Assembly: GCA_002748735.1 (NCBI GenBank)
Contig: PDTC01000009.1
Location: 25,331 to 49,330 of the forward strand
DNA length: 24,000 nt
Source of the DNA: Desulfobulbus propionicus
GTDB taxonomy: Bacteria; Desulfobacterota; Desulfobulbia; Desulfobulbales; Desulfobulbaceae
Direction: 5' to 3'
Shown here in pieces: positions 1 to 9,869 of the stretch; the first letter of the stretch is position 1; each line of letters begins with the position of its first letter. A model generated the notes under the pieces. That model did no database searches. It was not told the origin of the DNA and worked only from the letters and a program-made list of their open reading frames with translations. The position numbers and the translations under genes were made by a program.

Positions 1-2667
1 GTTGCCATGACCAGCCGTCTTACCCACAAGGCCTCGGCCGCTGAGGCCAAGGAACAACCTTATCCCGGTTCAAAAACGGTTCGTTCGGTCTGTACCCACT
101 GTGCCGTAGCCTGTGGGATTACCGCCGAGGTACAAAACGGCGTGTGGGTTCGTCAGGAGGTTGCTCAGGATCACCCGGTCTCCAGGGGTGGGTACTGTTG
201 TAAGGGCGCCAGCGCCATTGACATGGTCACCAGCGAAAAACGGATGAAAAGCCCGATGAAACGGGTCAATGGTAAGTGGCAGAAGCTCTCCTGGGATCAG
301 GCCATGGACGAGATCAGCGAGAAGCTCCTCGATATCCGGGAAAAAGACGGGCCAGACGCCCTGATGTTTCTTGGCAGCGCCAAGGTCTCCAACGAGATGG
401 CCTACCTGCAGAGGAAATTTGCCGCCTTCTGGGGGTCCAACAACATTGACCACCAGGCCCGAATCTGACACTCCACCACGGTGGCAGGTGTCGCCAATAC
501 TTGGGGTTACGGGGCAATGACCAACAGCCTGAACGATATCAGGCACGCCAAATCCATGATATTTATCGGGTCCAACGCCACAGAGGCGCACCCGGTTTCC
601 ATGCAGCACATCCTGCATGCCAAAGAAAAGAACAACGCCCCCCTTATCGTGGTCGACCCGCGCTTCACCAAGCTCGCGGCCAAGTCCACGGAGTATGCCC
701 GCGTCCGTCCAGGCTCGGACTGCGCCTTCATCATGGGGCTGATCAACACTGTCATCCAGAACGGCTGGGAAGACAAGGAGTTCATCAAGTCCCGCGTCGC
801 CGGCTATGAAGAGATGAAGGAGGTTGCCGCCCACTACACCCCTGAGGTCGTCGAGGACATCACCGGGATCCCCGCTGAACAGACCGTACGGATAGCCCGG
901 ACACTGGCGGAAAACAGACCGACCTCACTGACCTGGTGCATGGGTGGAACGCAGCATCATATCGGCTCTTCCATTACCCGTTCTTTCTGTATCCTGCAGC
1001 TGGTGCTGGGGAATATGGGGAAATCTGGCGGTGGCACCAACATCTTCCGCGGCCACGACAACGTCCAGGGCGCCACTGACATGTGCGTGCTGTCACACTC
1101 CCTCCCCGGCTACTACGGCCTGAGTGAAGGCGCCTGGAAACACTGGTGCCGGGTCTGGGATGTTGACTTCGACTATATCGCCAGCCGCTTCAAGGACAAG
1201 GATTGGATGGGGAAAAAGGGATTCACCTTGGCCCGCTGGTACGAAGGGGTACTGCAAAATGACAAGATAGAGCAGTACACCCCGATCAAGGCGCTCTTTC
1301 AATGGGGTATAGGACTCAACTCCAACTCCCAATTCCACAAAGTAAAAAAAGCGATGGACAAGCTGGACCTGCTGGTGGTGACCGATCCCTTTGCCACGGC
1401 GACCTCGTCCGCCTGCGAATCAGATAACATCTACCTGCTTCCCAGCTCGAGCCAGTATGAAACATCAGGCACCACCACCTCGACCTCGCGCCAGTTTCAG
1501 TGGCGACATAAAGTTGTCGAGCCCATCAGCGGCTGTAAGGCAGATTATGACATCATGCAGATGCTGGTCGAACGAATGGGATTTGCTGACGAGTTTTATA
1601 AGAACATCAAACAGATCCCTGAGGATATCACCAACGAACTCTGCCGTGGGGCACTGACCATCGGTTATAACGGTGCCACTGCAGAACGGATCAAGCGCCA
1701 TACAGACAACTGGCACACCTTTGATATCGATACGCTCCAGGCCAAGGGTGGGCCCTGCGATGGTGAATACTTTGGACTCCCCTGGCCCTGCTGGACCGAG
1801 GATCACCCGGGGACACCAATCCTGTACGACATCTCCAAGCCTGTGGCTGAAGGGGGTCTACCGTTCAGGAACAGGTTTGGCCTGGAAACGACCTATACCA
1901 TGAGCGGCCGCACAGAGAACCAGCTGGCAGCTCCCGGAGTTTACAATCCCGGGTCCGAAGTCAAGGGTGGATACCCCGAATTCAAGGACGTGGTTCCCGG
2001 TACCAACTGGAAGACGGATCTCAGCGGCAAGACCGCCAGAGAAGCGGTTGCCAGAGGGATGGCGCCGTTTGGCAACGCCAGAGCACGCTGCGTGGTCTGG
2101 ACCTTCCCTGATCAGGTGCCCATTCACCGTGAACCTCTGCATTCACCGCGGCCCGATCTTGTTGCAAAATATCCCACCTACGAGGACAAGCCCAACCATT
2201 ACCGGGTCTTCACTAAGTACAAAAGTGAACAGGATCCCACCTTGGTAAAGAAATACCCCTATGTCCTCACCACCGGCCGTATGGTCGAACACATGGGTGG
2301 TGGTGCCGAGACCAGAAGCAACAAGTACCTGGCCGAACTGCAGCCGGAGATGTATGCGGAAATCAACCCCCGACTCGCCAATAACCTGGGAATCCGCGAC
2401 GGCGCCATGATGTGGATCGAGTCACCCGATGGTGGCAAGATCAAGGTCAAGGCCTTTCACACGGAACGGGTTGATGAGCACACCATCTTCATGCCCTATC
2501 ACTTCGGTGGCTACCTGATGGGCAGATCCCTGCTGGAAAACTACCCTGAAGGACATGCAGAATATGTCATGGGCGAGCCAGCCAACATCTGCACCAACTA
2601 TGGATATGACATCATCACTCAGATCCAGGCCACCAAGGATGGACTCTGCAAAGTCAGTCGGGCGTAG
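1..2667 (+). CDS. fdhA: Formate dehydrogenase catalytic alpha subunit (Mo/W-bis-MGD), selenocysteine-containing; 5' end probably upstream of the window
   Basis: ORFs 7..468 and 481..2667 are in the same frame and separated only by TGA at 466..468. The joined sequence reads [26 protein letters not shown], the canonical Sec active-site block of FdhF/FdnG-type enzymes. An N-terminal CTHCAVACG...CCKG motif fits a 4Fe-4S site. The frame is open to nt 1 and no twin-arginine signal is visible, so the true start is probably upstream. Confidence 0.93.
466..494 (+). other. UGA selenocysteine codon plus candidate bacterial SECIS apical hairpin of fdhA
   Basis: UGA lies at 466..468. GUGGC (481-485) pairs with GUCGC (490-494), using G-U wobbles, around an AGGU loop about 18 nt downstream. 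This is the same GCAGGU context as the E. coli fdhF SECIS as I recall it. Confidence 0.7.
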
Positions 2668-2685
2668 CCGCTGGAGGATATCGAT

Positions 2686-3273
2686 ATGGGACGCATGAAA
2701 TTCTTATGTGACATCGAACGTTGTATCGACTGTAACGGCTGCGTGGTTGCCTGCAAGGAAGGGCATCATATCCCCGTAGGGGTCAACCGCCGCCAGGTCA
2801 TCACCATCAATCAGGGAAAACCTGGAGAAAAATCCATCTCGACCGCCTGCATGCACTGTGCCGATGCCCCCTGCATCGCGGTATGCCCGGTGGACGCCAT
2901 TTACCAGCGTGAGGATGGTATTGTCCTTGTCAGCAAGTCCACCTGCATTGGCTGCGGCTACTGCTTCATGGCCTGCCCGTTCGGAGCGCCGCAGTTTCCC
3001 AGCGGCAAGGTCTTCGGAGCCAGAGGCGCCATGGACAAGTGCACCTTCTGCGCTGGCGGTCCTGAAGAGACCTTCAGCAAAGAGGAGAAGCACATGTACG
3101 GCCAGAACCGCATTGCCGAGGGCAAGGTGCCGCTGTGCGCGGCAATGTGCGCCACCAAGGCACTGCTGGCTGGTGACGGCGACAAGGTGGCGGATGTCTT
3201 TCGTGAACGCCAGTTTACACGGGGATCAGGCAGCAACGCCTGGGGATGGAACGCCGCCTACAAGAAAAAATAG
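2686..3273 (+). CDS. fdhB: Formate dehydrogenase iron-sulfur (beta) subunit, 4x[4Fe-4S] ferredoxin-type
   Basis: Multiple CxxCxxCxxxCP-type clusters are present (CIDCNGCVVAC, CMHCADAPCIAVCP, CIGCGYCFMACP, CTFC...C). GGAGGA lies upstream of the ATG, and the gene starts 18 nt after the fdhA stop. Confidence 0.88.
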   Translation: MGRMKFLCDIERCIDCNGCVVACKEGHHIPVGVNRRQVITINQGKPGEKSISTACMHCADAPCIAVCPVDAIYQREDGIVLVSKSTCIGCGYCFMACPFGAPQFPSGKVFGARGAMDKCTFCAGGPEETFSKEEKHMYGQNRIAEGKVPLCAAMCATKALLAGDGDKVADVFRERQFTRGSGSNAWGWNAAYKKK

Positions 3274-3361
3274 CGGCGGCACCGACAGATGGATACTCCC
3301 GTACTGACACAGTGCGGGAGTATCTGCAGGCTCATCCACCAACTTTTTGGATACGCACATC

Positions 3362-4237
3362 ATGAAAAAATACCTGGTCACGGTCGGCGGTCTTGTACTT
3401 TTTTGTGCCTTGCCAGCTGCTGCAACCCAAATCAATATGAGCACGGAGACCTTGTCTCCTACTACCGCAGCCTTTCAGGCAATCAACGGTGAACTCACCG
3501 GCGATTGGCAACAGTACGGCGAAGTCTTCACCATGCTGGCCTCGACACTGTTCCGGCAAATCTTTTTAGCACTGATCACGGTTATCCCGACAATCTTTTT
3601 TCTTCATTACCTCATCATCGGCGCCAAACACTTCGACCACGATGGCCCGCAGGTGCTGTACTTTGGTATTATCAGCAGAATTATCCACTGGATAACAGCG
3701 TTGAGCTTCACCTCTCTAGTTCTCACCGGGCTGATAATCATCTTCGGTAAATACCTCGGCGGCGGAGCACCGGTGATGTGGGCACGCTATATCCATGTGG
3801 TTGCTGCCCTGGTGTTTGCCTGCTCTGTACCGTTTATGCTGCTCATCTGGTTCATTGACATGCTCCCCGCCTGGTATGACATCCTCTGGTTGTTTATCCT
3901 CGGCGGTTACCTCAGCAAGGAAAAGAAACCTGTGCCGGCCGGCCGCTTTAATGCCGGACAAAAAATGTGGTTCTGGACGGCAACTGTGGGTGGCCTGGTT
4001 ATGCTGTGGTCGGGGTATCAGCTCTTTCTTTTCGAGGCCTCCACGGATGAACTGCGTATTTGGGCCATGGTGCACAATGTCCTGGGTATGATGATGGTCG
4101 CCCTATTAACCACCCATGTGTACATGTCTCTCTTTGCTATTGCTGGCTCCATCCACTCGATGATTGATGGCCACAAGCCAAAAGACGAGGTGGACATTCT
4201 CCACAGCCGGTACAAGATCAAGGAAAATCCCTTGTAA
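3362..4237 (+). CDS. Formate dehydrogenase gamma subunit, membrane cytochrome b (FdnI / Ni_hydr_CYTB-like)
   Basis: Several predicted TM helices carry conserved His (HWITALSF, RYIHVVAAL, HNVLG...THVYM) and the RFNAGQK motif typical of FdnI-type cytochrome b. I prefer the ATG at 3362 (MKKYLVTVGG..., signal-like) over the TTG at 3347 used in the ORF track. Confidence 0.8.
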   Translation: MKKYLVTVGGLVLFCALPAAATQINMSTETLSPTTAAFQAINGELTGDWQQYGEVFTMLASTLFRQIFLALITVIPTIFFLHYLIIGAKHFDHDGPQVLYFGIISRIIHWITALSFTSLVLTGLIIIFGKYLGGGAPVMWARYIHVVAALVFACSVPFMLLIWFIDMLPAWYDILWLFILGGYLSKEKKPVPAGRFNAGQKMWFWTATVGGLVMLWSGYQLFLFEASTDELRIWAMVHNVLGMMMVALLTTHVYMSLFAIAGSIHSMIDGHKPKDEVDILHSRYKIKENPL

Positions 4238-4402
4238 GAGGCCAGCAAGGCCTCCTACAGGGGCCAATCTTTTCCTTTACGGGGAAACAACGAAGAGAGG
4301 ACTGTTCAGGCCCGCAAGGCTCGAACCAGTTTTCTGTAGAGACAGAGGTATGGGCGAAAAAGGCTCCTGCCCTGCCGACACAACAAAAGATGTACCGTCG
4401 AC

Positions 4403-4437
4403 AGCAGTATCGGCTACAGCAGCCGATACTGCTTTTT
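4403..4437 (+). terminator. Rho-independent terminator of the fdh operon
   Basis: A perfect 13-bp stem, AGCAGTATCGGCT (4403-4415) / AGCCGATACTGCT (4421-4433), has a 5-nt loop and is followed by TTTT. It overlaps the last codons and stop of the convergent minus-strand gene. Confidence 0.8.
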
Positions 4438-6087
4438 CAATTCCTTATAGATGAGCGTTGAAACGCCACGGATCACCCCGCCACGGCTGGCGATCCATCT
4501 CCCGTAGTTGGCAGGACGCGAATCCCGCTCAATCACGCCGACAATGGCGTAGGGGTAACGTCGACCGTTCTTTCCCCGGGGAGCGAGTATCCCCATGTCT
4601 CCGCAGAGATGAGCGGTAGTACCGGTCTTGTTGTACACCAGCGTCCCCTGGGGGATGGGCGTTCCATAATAGAGCCGATCACGACCGGGAAGTGACATCA
4701 GACGCCGCATCTCCTTGCTCTTCGGTAACTCGTTGTTCCACAGGGCACGCAGGAAACGAACATAATCTGATGGCTGCACCTTGTTTCTGTACGTCCGGCC
4801 TCCGGCCGGGATATATTCGACAATCCGGGTCTGCCGGAACAGATGCGGATACCAACGCAGTAAGATCTGCTGGCAGCTGGCAGGGCCACCGACCTGCCGC
4901 ATAACCCAGTTGGTTGCGGCATTATTTGACCGCTGAATCATGGCCTCCATCTTCTGTCGGCTCCTGGGACCGTATTTTAGTTGGCCTGTCTGTACCTGGT
5001 GAAAAAATGCCAGCGCCACGAAAGGCTTGATCATACTGGCAGCCTGAAACAGCTGCCCAGCGTTGATATCCACCAAAATTACCCCTCGGGTCAGGTCGTA
5101 CACCATCCAGCCGGTTTTCTCGTCCCCGCGCAGCTTCCCTCTTTTTCGCAGATCCCGAATGTACGTCTCCACCCGTTGCTCAACCCTTTGATTTTTCGAG
5201 GCTGCCAGCTCAACGGTCCGCAGGGGTTTACGGGGTCTGTCTGCAAGACCTGCAGACGCCGGGCGCTTTTTGTATTCACCGGCATGGAGAAGGGGGATAG
5301 GTGAGATACGTAGCGCCTTATCTGGTGAATCTCCAGCTGTTTTCCTGATGGGTCTTTTCTCTTTTTTTCTCGGTTTTTTTCCCTTGCTCTCTCCTACATC
5401 AGCAAGGCCACTACCACCTGTTTTCGACTCAAGAAGATTCAGATAGCTGGACTCTCCATAGACCACCTGATGATTTCTCTCCGGCGTGATGGTAGTCGCA
5501 ATCCTTTTCTTCTTCAGCACCCGGGCATGACGCCTGGCAACCGTCGCCGTAGAATCTCGGTCACCCCTGCGCCGATAGATCAGGGTGTAGTCATTGCCAT
5601 CCTGCTCGATAAACAGCTCCTTGCCCACGGCATGCCCCAAGGTGTGATAGACCTTATCATAGGTTCGTTTGAGCACATCAAGATGGGGACCGTGGCCATA
5701 GCTGACATTGAACAGCTCATCATAACCTGTATCATGAACAGCATACGCTTGGCCAAGGCCTGCTTCACGCAGCAGTTCACCATGTTCGACAATTAGCTGC
5801 AGCACGTCCAGTGCCGTGGCATTACTGTCATAGATAATACCGTACTCGTCGGCCCGTTTGACAACCCTGAGTTTCCCGGCATATTGAGAGCCAAGGGTGG
5901 CTTCCAGATCATCAATATAATCCAGTACACTTTCCAGGTCAGTATCCCAGATGTACACCAAATCATAGATGTCAGAGGTGGGTGAGCTTGAAAAAGCCCA
6001 ACCCGGGATAAACACGACCAGCCATACTACACATATACAACGAAGCAGCAAGACAACCTCCTTGCTCTTTACAAAAAAAGATATCAT
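4414..6087 (-). CDS. Secreted serine hydrolase, class A beta-lactamase/PBP-like C-terminal domain, with an uncharacterised N-terminal region
   Basis: The C-terminal third carries SxxK (SMIK), SxN (SNN) and KTG (YNKTGTT) motifs in the correct order. The N-terminus has a hydrophobic signal-like segment (VVWLVVFIPGWAFSS). The middle is a Lys/Arg/Pro-rich linker (KGKKPRKKEKRPIRK). The first ATG is at 6087; the ORF track's 6102 is a TTG. The start is uncertain. Confidence 0.75.
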   Translation of the reverse strand: MISFFVKSKEVVLLLRCICVVWLVVFIPGWAFSSSPTSDIYDLVYIWDTDLESVLDYIDDLEATLGSQYAGKLRVVKRADEYGIIYDSNATALDVLQLIVEHGELLREAGLGQAYAVHDTGYDELFNVSYGHGPHLDVLKRTYDKVYHTLGHAVGKELFIEQDGNDYTLIYRRRGDRDSTATVARRHARVLKKKRIATTITPERNHQVVYGESSYLNLLESKTGGSGLADVGESKGKKPRKKEKRPIRKTAGDSPDKALRISPIPLLHAGEYKKRPASAGLADRPRKPLRTVELAASKNQRVEQRVETYIRDLRKRGKLRGDEKTGWMVYDLTRGVILVDINAGQLFQAASMIKPFVALAFFHQVQTGQLKYGPRSRQKMEAMIQRSNNAATNWVMRQVGGPASCQQILLRWYPHLFRQTRIVEYIPAGGRTYRNKVQPSDYVRFLRALWNNELPKSKEMRRLMSLPGRDRLYYGTPIPQGTLVYNKTGTTAHLCGDMGILAPRGKNGRRYPYAIVGVIERDSRPANYGRWIASRGGVIRGVSTLIYKELKKQYRLL

Positions 6088-6096
6088 GGGAAAAAT

Positions 6097-6981
6097 ATGC
6101 AAGAAAATAATGAACAGAAGAAGTATACCAGATTGTTCGGAGCAAACAACCCTTCTTCCGCTGTGGGTGAGCTTTTCCGACCAATTTTTCCGGGACTGGA
6201 GAATCGGTACGAGACAAGGAAGCAGTTGCAGTTTCCAGTCACTACACTACAATACCACGAGCCATACGTAAAACCTCGAACGGGTCTCCCGTTTTTACAC
6301 ACAGAAAAGATCAATGAGCAGAGCTTACCCATGCCGCCCATCGTAAGTTTTATCGGCTGGCACAACTCGGGCAAGACCACCCTGGCCAGCCAGGTTGTCA
6401 ACCATCTGAGCAGACGCAGGTACCGGGTTGCCGTTGTCAAGTCCACCAAAGACACTGGCATCCTCATGGACCGTCCAGGTTCAGATACCTCTATCTACCG
6501 GGAAGCTGGTGCCAACGCGGTAAGCCTGGTAGCTCCTGACACGACGTTTCTCCAGGGCAAAAATTCGGGCCTACGGCTGACGACGTTCGTCCATCGCTAC
6601 TTTGCTGACATGGATCTGGTGATCGCCGAGGGATTCAAACACGAACACATGGTCCCGAAAATTGAGGTAACCCGTGGCGACAGTCCCTTGCTGAGAGGAG
6701 AGGTCACCGGCGTCATTGCCCTGGCAACCGACCGACAGCTCAGCGGTGACTATGTCTTTCGCCTTGATGAGAGTCTGGAGCTCGCTGATTTCATTGAAAA
6801 ACGTTTTCTCGAAAAGACCGCACCCGCAGCCCAGAATCACCTGACACTCTTGGTGGACGGGAAAAAAGTAGCCCTGAAACCCTGGGTACAGAAAGCGCTT
6901 GGTGCCATGGTTTCAGAGTTTGTCGCTTCCCTGAAAAACTGTGAGCACCCCGGTGAAATCGAAATAAGGATTCATCAATAA
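6097..6981 (+). CDS. mobB: Molybdopterin-guanine dinucleotide biosynthesis adapter protein MobB-like (P-loop), with a C-terminal extension
   Basis: The P-loop block IVSFIGWHNSGKTTLASQVV...VAVVKST is typical of MobB. Homology starts near the internal ATG at 6331 (MPPIVSF), so the true start may be 6331 rather than 6097. Location next to a Mo/W-bis-MGD enzyme operon is consistent. Confidence 0.75.
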   Translation: MQENNEQKKYTRLFGANNPSSAVGELFRPIFPGLENRYETRKQLQFPVTTLQYHEPYVKPRTGLPFLHTEKINEQSLPMPPIVSFIGWHNSGKTTLASQVVNHLSRRRYRVAVVKSTKDTGILMDRPGSDTSIYREAGANAVSLVAPDTTFLQGKNSGLRLTTFVHRYFADMDLVIAEGFKHEHMVPKIEVTRGDSPLLRGEVTGVIALATDRQLSGDYVFRLDESLELADFIEKRFLEKTAPAAQNHLTLLVDGKKVALKPWVQKALGAMVSEFVASLKNCEHPGEIEIRIHQ

Positions 6982-7166
6982 AGTCTTCACAGACATTGCC
7001 TTACGGCCGCCACCCGGCTTACAGACATTCTTTGGCAGGTTCTCGCAAATCTGTACAGGTCAACGCTTCAACAAATTCCGAGAATAGAGCTGATACATCC
7101 CAGAGCACTGGCGATGAGTACCCTGGAAAGAAGAAAATCTTGTAAAAAAAGGGGCAGGGAGCACTG

Positions 7167-8183
7167 TCAGTTCTTTGCGGCGATGTCGGGTTTGCTCAGT
7201 GCATTGAAACCTGCGCAGGCGGCACCAAAAAGGGCTGTATCCGGACGAGTGACAATATGGACCGGCATTTTTTGACAGATCCCCTGAAAACGCCCTTTAT
7301 TGGTGATACTACCAAGAAAATCTGGCCGGCGGAGCCGATCGATAATCCGGGGAGGAATGCCACCCCCTAAATAGATGCCACCGAACGGCAGCAGGGTAAC
7401 CGCCATGTTACTGATAAATGTCCCCAGGCTCAGGACAAACATATCCAGGGTAGTTTCGCAGATCTCGGCCTTGCAGGCGAGGCCCGTCTCGACGATGATC
7501 GGGGTACGATCTTTGGCCGCAGCCAGTTCTTTTTTCAGCCAAGCGGGTTCGCTGAGCCCGCAGGCCTCCACAAAAAAATCATAGATGCCGGGTAGATACC
7601 TACCTGAACAGACCCGTTCGAAGCTGACGTGACCGTAGCGTCGCTGCAAATAGTTGCATAATTCGATCTGCTGCGGTGTCTGCGATGAAAAGGCAATGTG
7701 TCCACCTTCACTTGCGCAGACCTTGTACTCATCGCCCGTCCAGACAAGAAAGGCAACCCCTAACCCGGTGCCCGGCGCGATCACGGCCTTGTTACCCGTA
7801 GGACTGGGATCCCCATGATTAAGGGTGACAAGATCATCTCCGGTAAGGTGAGGAATCGCCAGGGCAAAGGCCGCCTGATCATTGTTCAAAAGTATCTGAG
7901 GGATGAGATGGCGGAGACGGTCAGTATCGATGGACCATGGCAGATTGGTCACCTGGGCACGGTTTCCCCGGCTCTCCTCTATGGGGCCAGCCACACCGAA
8001 GCTGGCCATGACCGGACGGATCTCCCCGGTTTCTCGAAAAAAAGCCATGAGAATCTCTTCCAATGACGCATAATGCTCACTGGCAAACAGCTGCCTGTGC
8101 AGGGGACCCTTGTGGGGGCCTGCGTCAAGCGAGTAAAGCGCCAGGATGGTTTTAGTACCACCAATATCACCGGCAAGAAGCAT
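7167..8183 (-). CDS. glk: Glucokinase
   Basis: N-terminal MLLAGDIGGTKT ATP-binding motif, Glk-like length and overall sequence. GAGGA RBS upstream of the ATG at 8183. Confidence 0.88.
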   Translation of the reverse strand: MLLAGDIGGTKTILALYSLDAGPHKGPLHRQLFASEHYASLEEILMAFFRETGEIRPVMASFGVAGPIEESRGNRAQVTNLPWSIDTDRLRHLIPQILLNNDQAAFALAIPHLTGDDLVTLNHGDPSPTGNKAVIAPGTGLGVAFLVWTGDEYKVCASEGGHIAFSSQTPQQIELCNYLQRRYGHVSFERVCSGRYLPGIYDFFVEACGLSEPAWLKKELAAAKDRTPIIVETGLACKAEICETTLDMFVLSLGTFISNMAVTLLPFGGIYLGGGIPPRIIDRLRRPDFLGSITNKGRFQGICQKMPVHIVTRPDTALFGAACAGFNALSKPDIAAKN

Positions 8184-8336
8184 TATTATCCTCGCAAAAG
8201 CTTGGGAACGGGAGACGCTGGGAAAGCCATAGCGCTGGAGGACAGTTAAAAAATATTTTTTTTCTCCTCTGCAGCATGGTTTTTCCCTTTCACTGTTAGC
8301 CGTTCAATAGTCGTTATCGACTTGTAAATAAAAAAA

Positions 8337-9869
8337 TTACTGGTCTGGCAGCTGAAACCGTCTGTACTGGACAGCTTCGGCAAGATGACCAGGCTGGAGC
8401 TCGTCAGCGCCATCAAGATCGGCAATGGTTCGGGCAATTTTGAGAATCCTGTGCGAGGCCCGGGCAGACAGGCCGAGCCCGGTGATGGCCCGCTCCAGCA
8501 AGGTCCTGCCGCGGGTATCGAGCCGGCAATGGCGCTGGAGGAGTTCCGGGGTCATCTGGGCATTGCCATGGATCCGGTCTACGGTGTTAAACCTCGTGAT
8601 CTGCACCTGCCTCGCCCGGTTCACTCGTTCACGAATTACCGCAGATGCCTCACCTGGCGCTAATTTGGTAAGCTCAGCCACCGCAACCGGCGGAACTTGG
8701 ATGTGCATATCGATCCTGTCGAGCAGCGGCCCCGAGATCCTTGCCCGGTAACGTTGTATCTGTACCGGTGAACAGCTGCATTGCCTGTGAGAGTCTCCCA
8801 GATGCCCGCAGGGACAGGGATTCATCGCTGCGACCATCATGAACCGAGCAGGGAAGCTGAGACTGGCCGAGGCCCGGGAGATGGAGACAACGCCATCCTC
8901 CATTGGTTGCCGGAGGACCTCAAGCACATGTTTTTTGAATTCGGGAAACTCATCGAGAAACAGCACCCCGTTATGTGCAAGCGACACCTCACCTGGCCGG
9001 GGCTGCTGGCCACCACCGATAAGTCCGGCATCAGAGACCGTATGGTGCGGTGAACGAAACGGGCGCTGTACCATGAGCGGCGTCTCACCAGACAACAGGC
9101 CGGCAGTCGAATATACCCTGGTGGTTTCAAGGGCCTCTTCCATGGTCAGGTCAGGAAGGATAGTGGGCAGGCGACGCGCGGCCATGGTCTTGCCGCTACC
9201 CGGGGAACCGCTCAAGAGGACGTTGTGACTCCCGGCCGCTGCCACCTCCATCGCCCGTTTCACATGCTCCTGGCCACGCATCTCCAGAAAATCAACCGGG
9301 GACTCACGGCAGGCACTAAACAGTCTGGCCAGATCCATCTGTACCGGCTCGATGCAGCAGTGACCGGTCAGGTGTTCCAGGGCCTGGTCCAGACGTTCCA
9401 CGGCGAGAATGTCTATCCCCTTCACCACTGCCGCCTCGGCACAGTTGCCAGCAGGCACCATAAACCGGGGCAGGCCCTGGTCACGGGCGGTGAGGACCAT
9501 GGGCAGAATGCCCCGAACCGGCAGCACCGAGCCATCCAGAGAGAGTTCCCCGGCAACAGCGTACCCCTGCAGGCGCTCCTTGTCGATCAGGCCTGCTGCT
9601 GTCAGGATACCCAGAGCAATGGGCAGATCATAGCCGGCACCTTCTTTTTTCAGAGTGGCGGGCGCAAGGTTGACGGTAATCCGATGCGCGGGAAACTGGT
9701 ACCCGGAGTTACGGATGGCAGCCCGGACGCGATCCTTTGCCTCGCGCACCGCTGCCTCGGGCAAACCAACCGTAGCAAAGGCCGGAATTCCGCGGGCAAG
9801 GTCCACCTCCACCCGCACCATGTGGCCATCGACACCCCACACTCCGCATGTAGTAACACTTGCCAGCAT
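8337..9869 (-). CDS. yifB: YifB/ComM family Mg-chelatase-like AAA+ ATPase
   Basis: An N-terminal Lon-protease-like fold is followed by Walker A GSPGSGKT and Walker B LFLDEF, then a Mg-chelatase C-terminal region. The ATG at 9869 shares one base with the upstream gene's stop (TGATG). Confidence 0.9.
   Translation of the reverse strand: MLASVTTCGVWGVDGHMVRVEVDLARGIPAFATVGLPEAAVREAKDRVRAAIRNSGYQFPAHRITVNLAPATLKKEGAGYDLPIALGILTAAGLIDKERLQGYAVAGELSLDGSVLPVRGILPMVLTARDQGLPRFMVPAGNCAEAAVVKGIDILAVERLDQALEHLTGHCCIEPVQMDLARLFSACRESPVDFLEMRGQEHVKRAMEVAAAGSHNVLLSGSPGSGKTMAARRLPTILPDLTMEEALETTRVYSTAGLLSGETPLMVQRPFRSPHHTVSDAGLIGGGQQPRPGEVSLAHNGVLFLDEFPEFKKHVLEVLRQPMEDGVVSISRASASLSFPARFMMVAAMNPCPCGHLGDSHRQCSCSPVQIQRYRARISGPLLDRIDMHIQVPPVAVAELTKLAPGEASAVIRERVNRARQVQITRFNTVDRIHGNAQMTPELLQRHCRLDTRGRTLLERAITGLGLSARASHRILKIARTIADLDGADELQPGHLAEAVQYRRFQLPDQ

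Noticed and set aside
70-834. Long antisense or alternative-frame ORFs overlapping well-supported genes. Examples are 70..834(-), 1465..1806(-), 2704..3093(-), 9225..9905(+), 10848..11321(-), 12080..12634(-), 12638..13387(-), 20898..21185(+) and 21447..22037(+).
   Set aside because: Each lies entirely within a gene with clear family motifs on the other strand or frame. Their translations are Arg/Pro/Gly-rich, low-information sequence typical of shadow ORFs in GC-rich DNA.
4164-4454. A 96-aa ORF downstream of the fdh gamma subunit.
   Set aside because: It overlaps the gamma-subunit 3' end and runs through two hairpins, including the operon terminator. Its composition is Arg/Pro/Thr-rich with no motif, so it is probably non-coding 3' UTR.
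6097-6330. The 78-aa N-terminal extension of the MobB-like ORF as a separate domain or gene.
   Set aside because: It has no recognisable motif, and MobB homology starts at the Met at 6331. I kept it inside the CDS call only because the ATG at 6097 has a slightly better purine-rich upstream region than 6331. The start remains unresolved.
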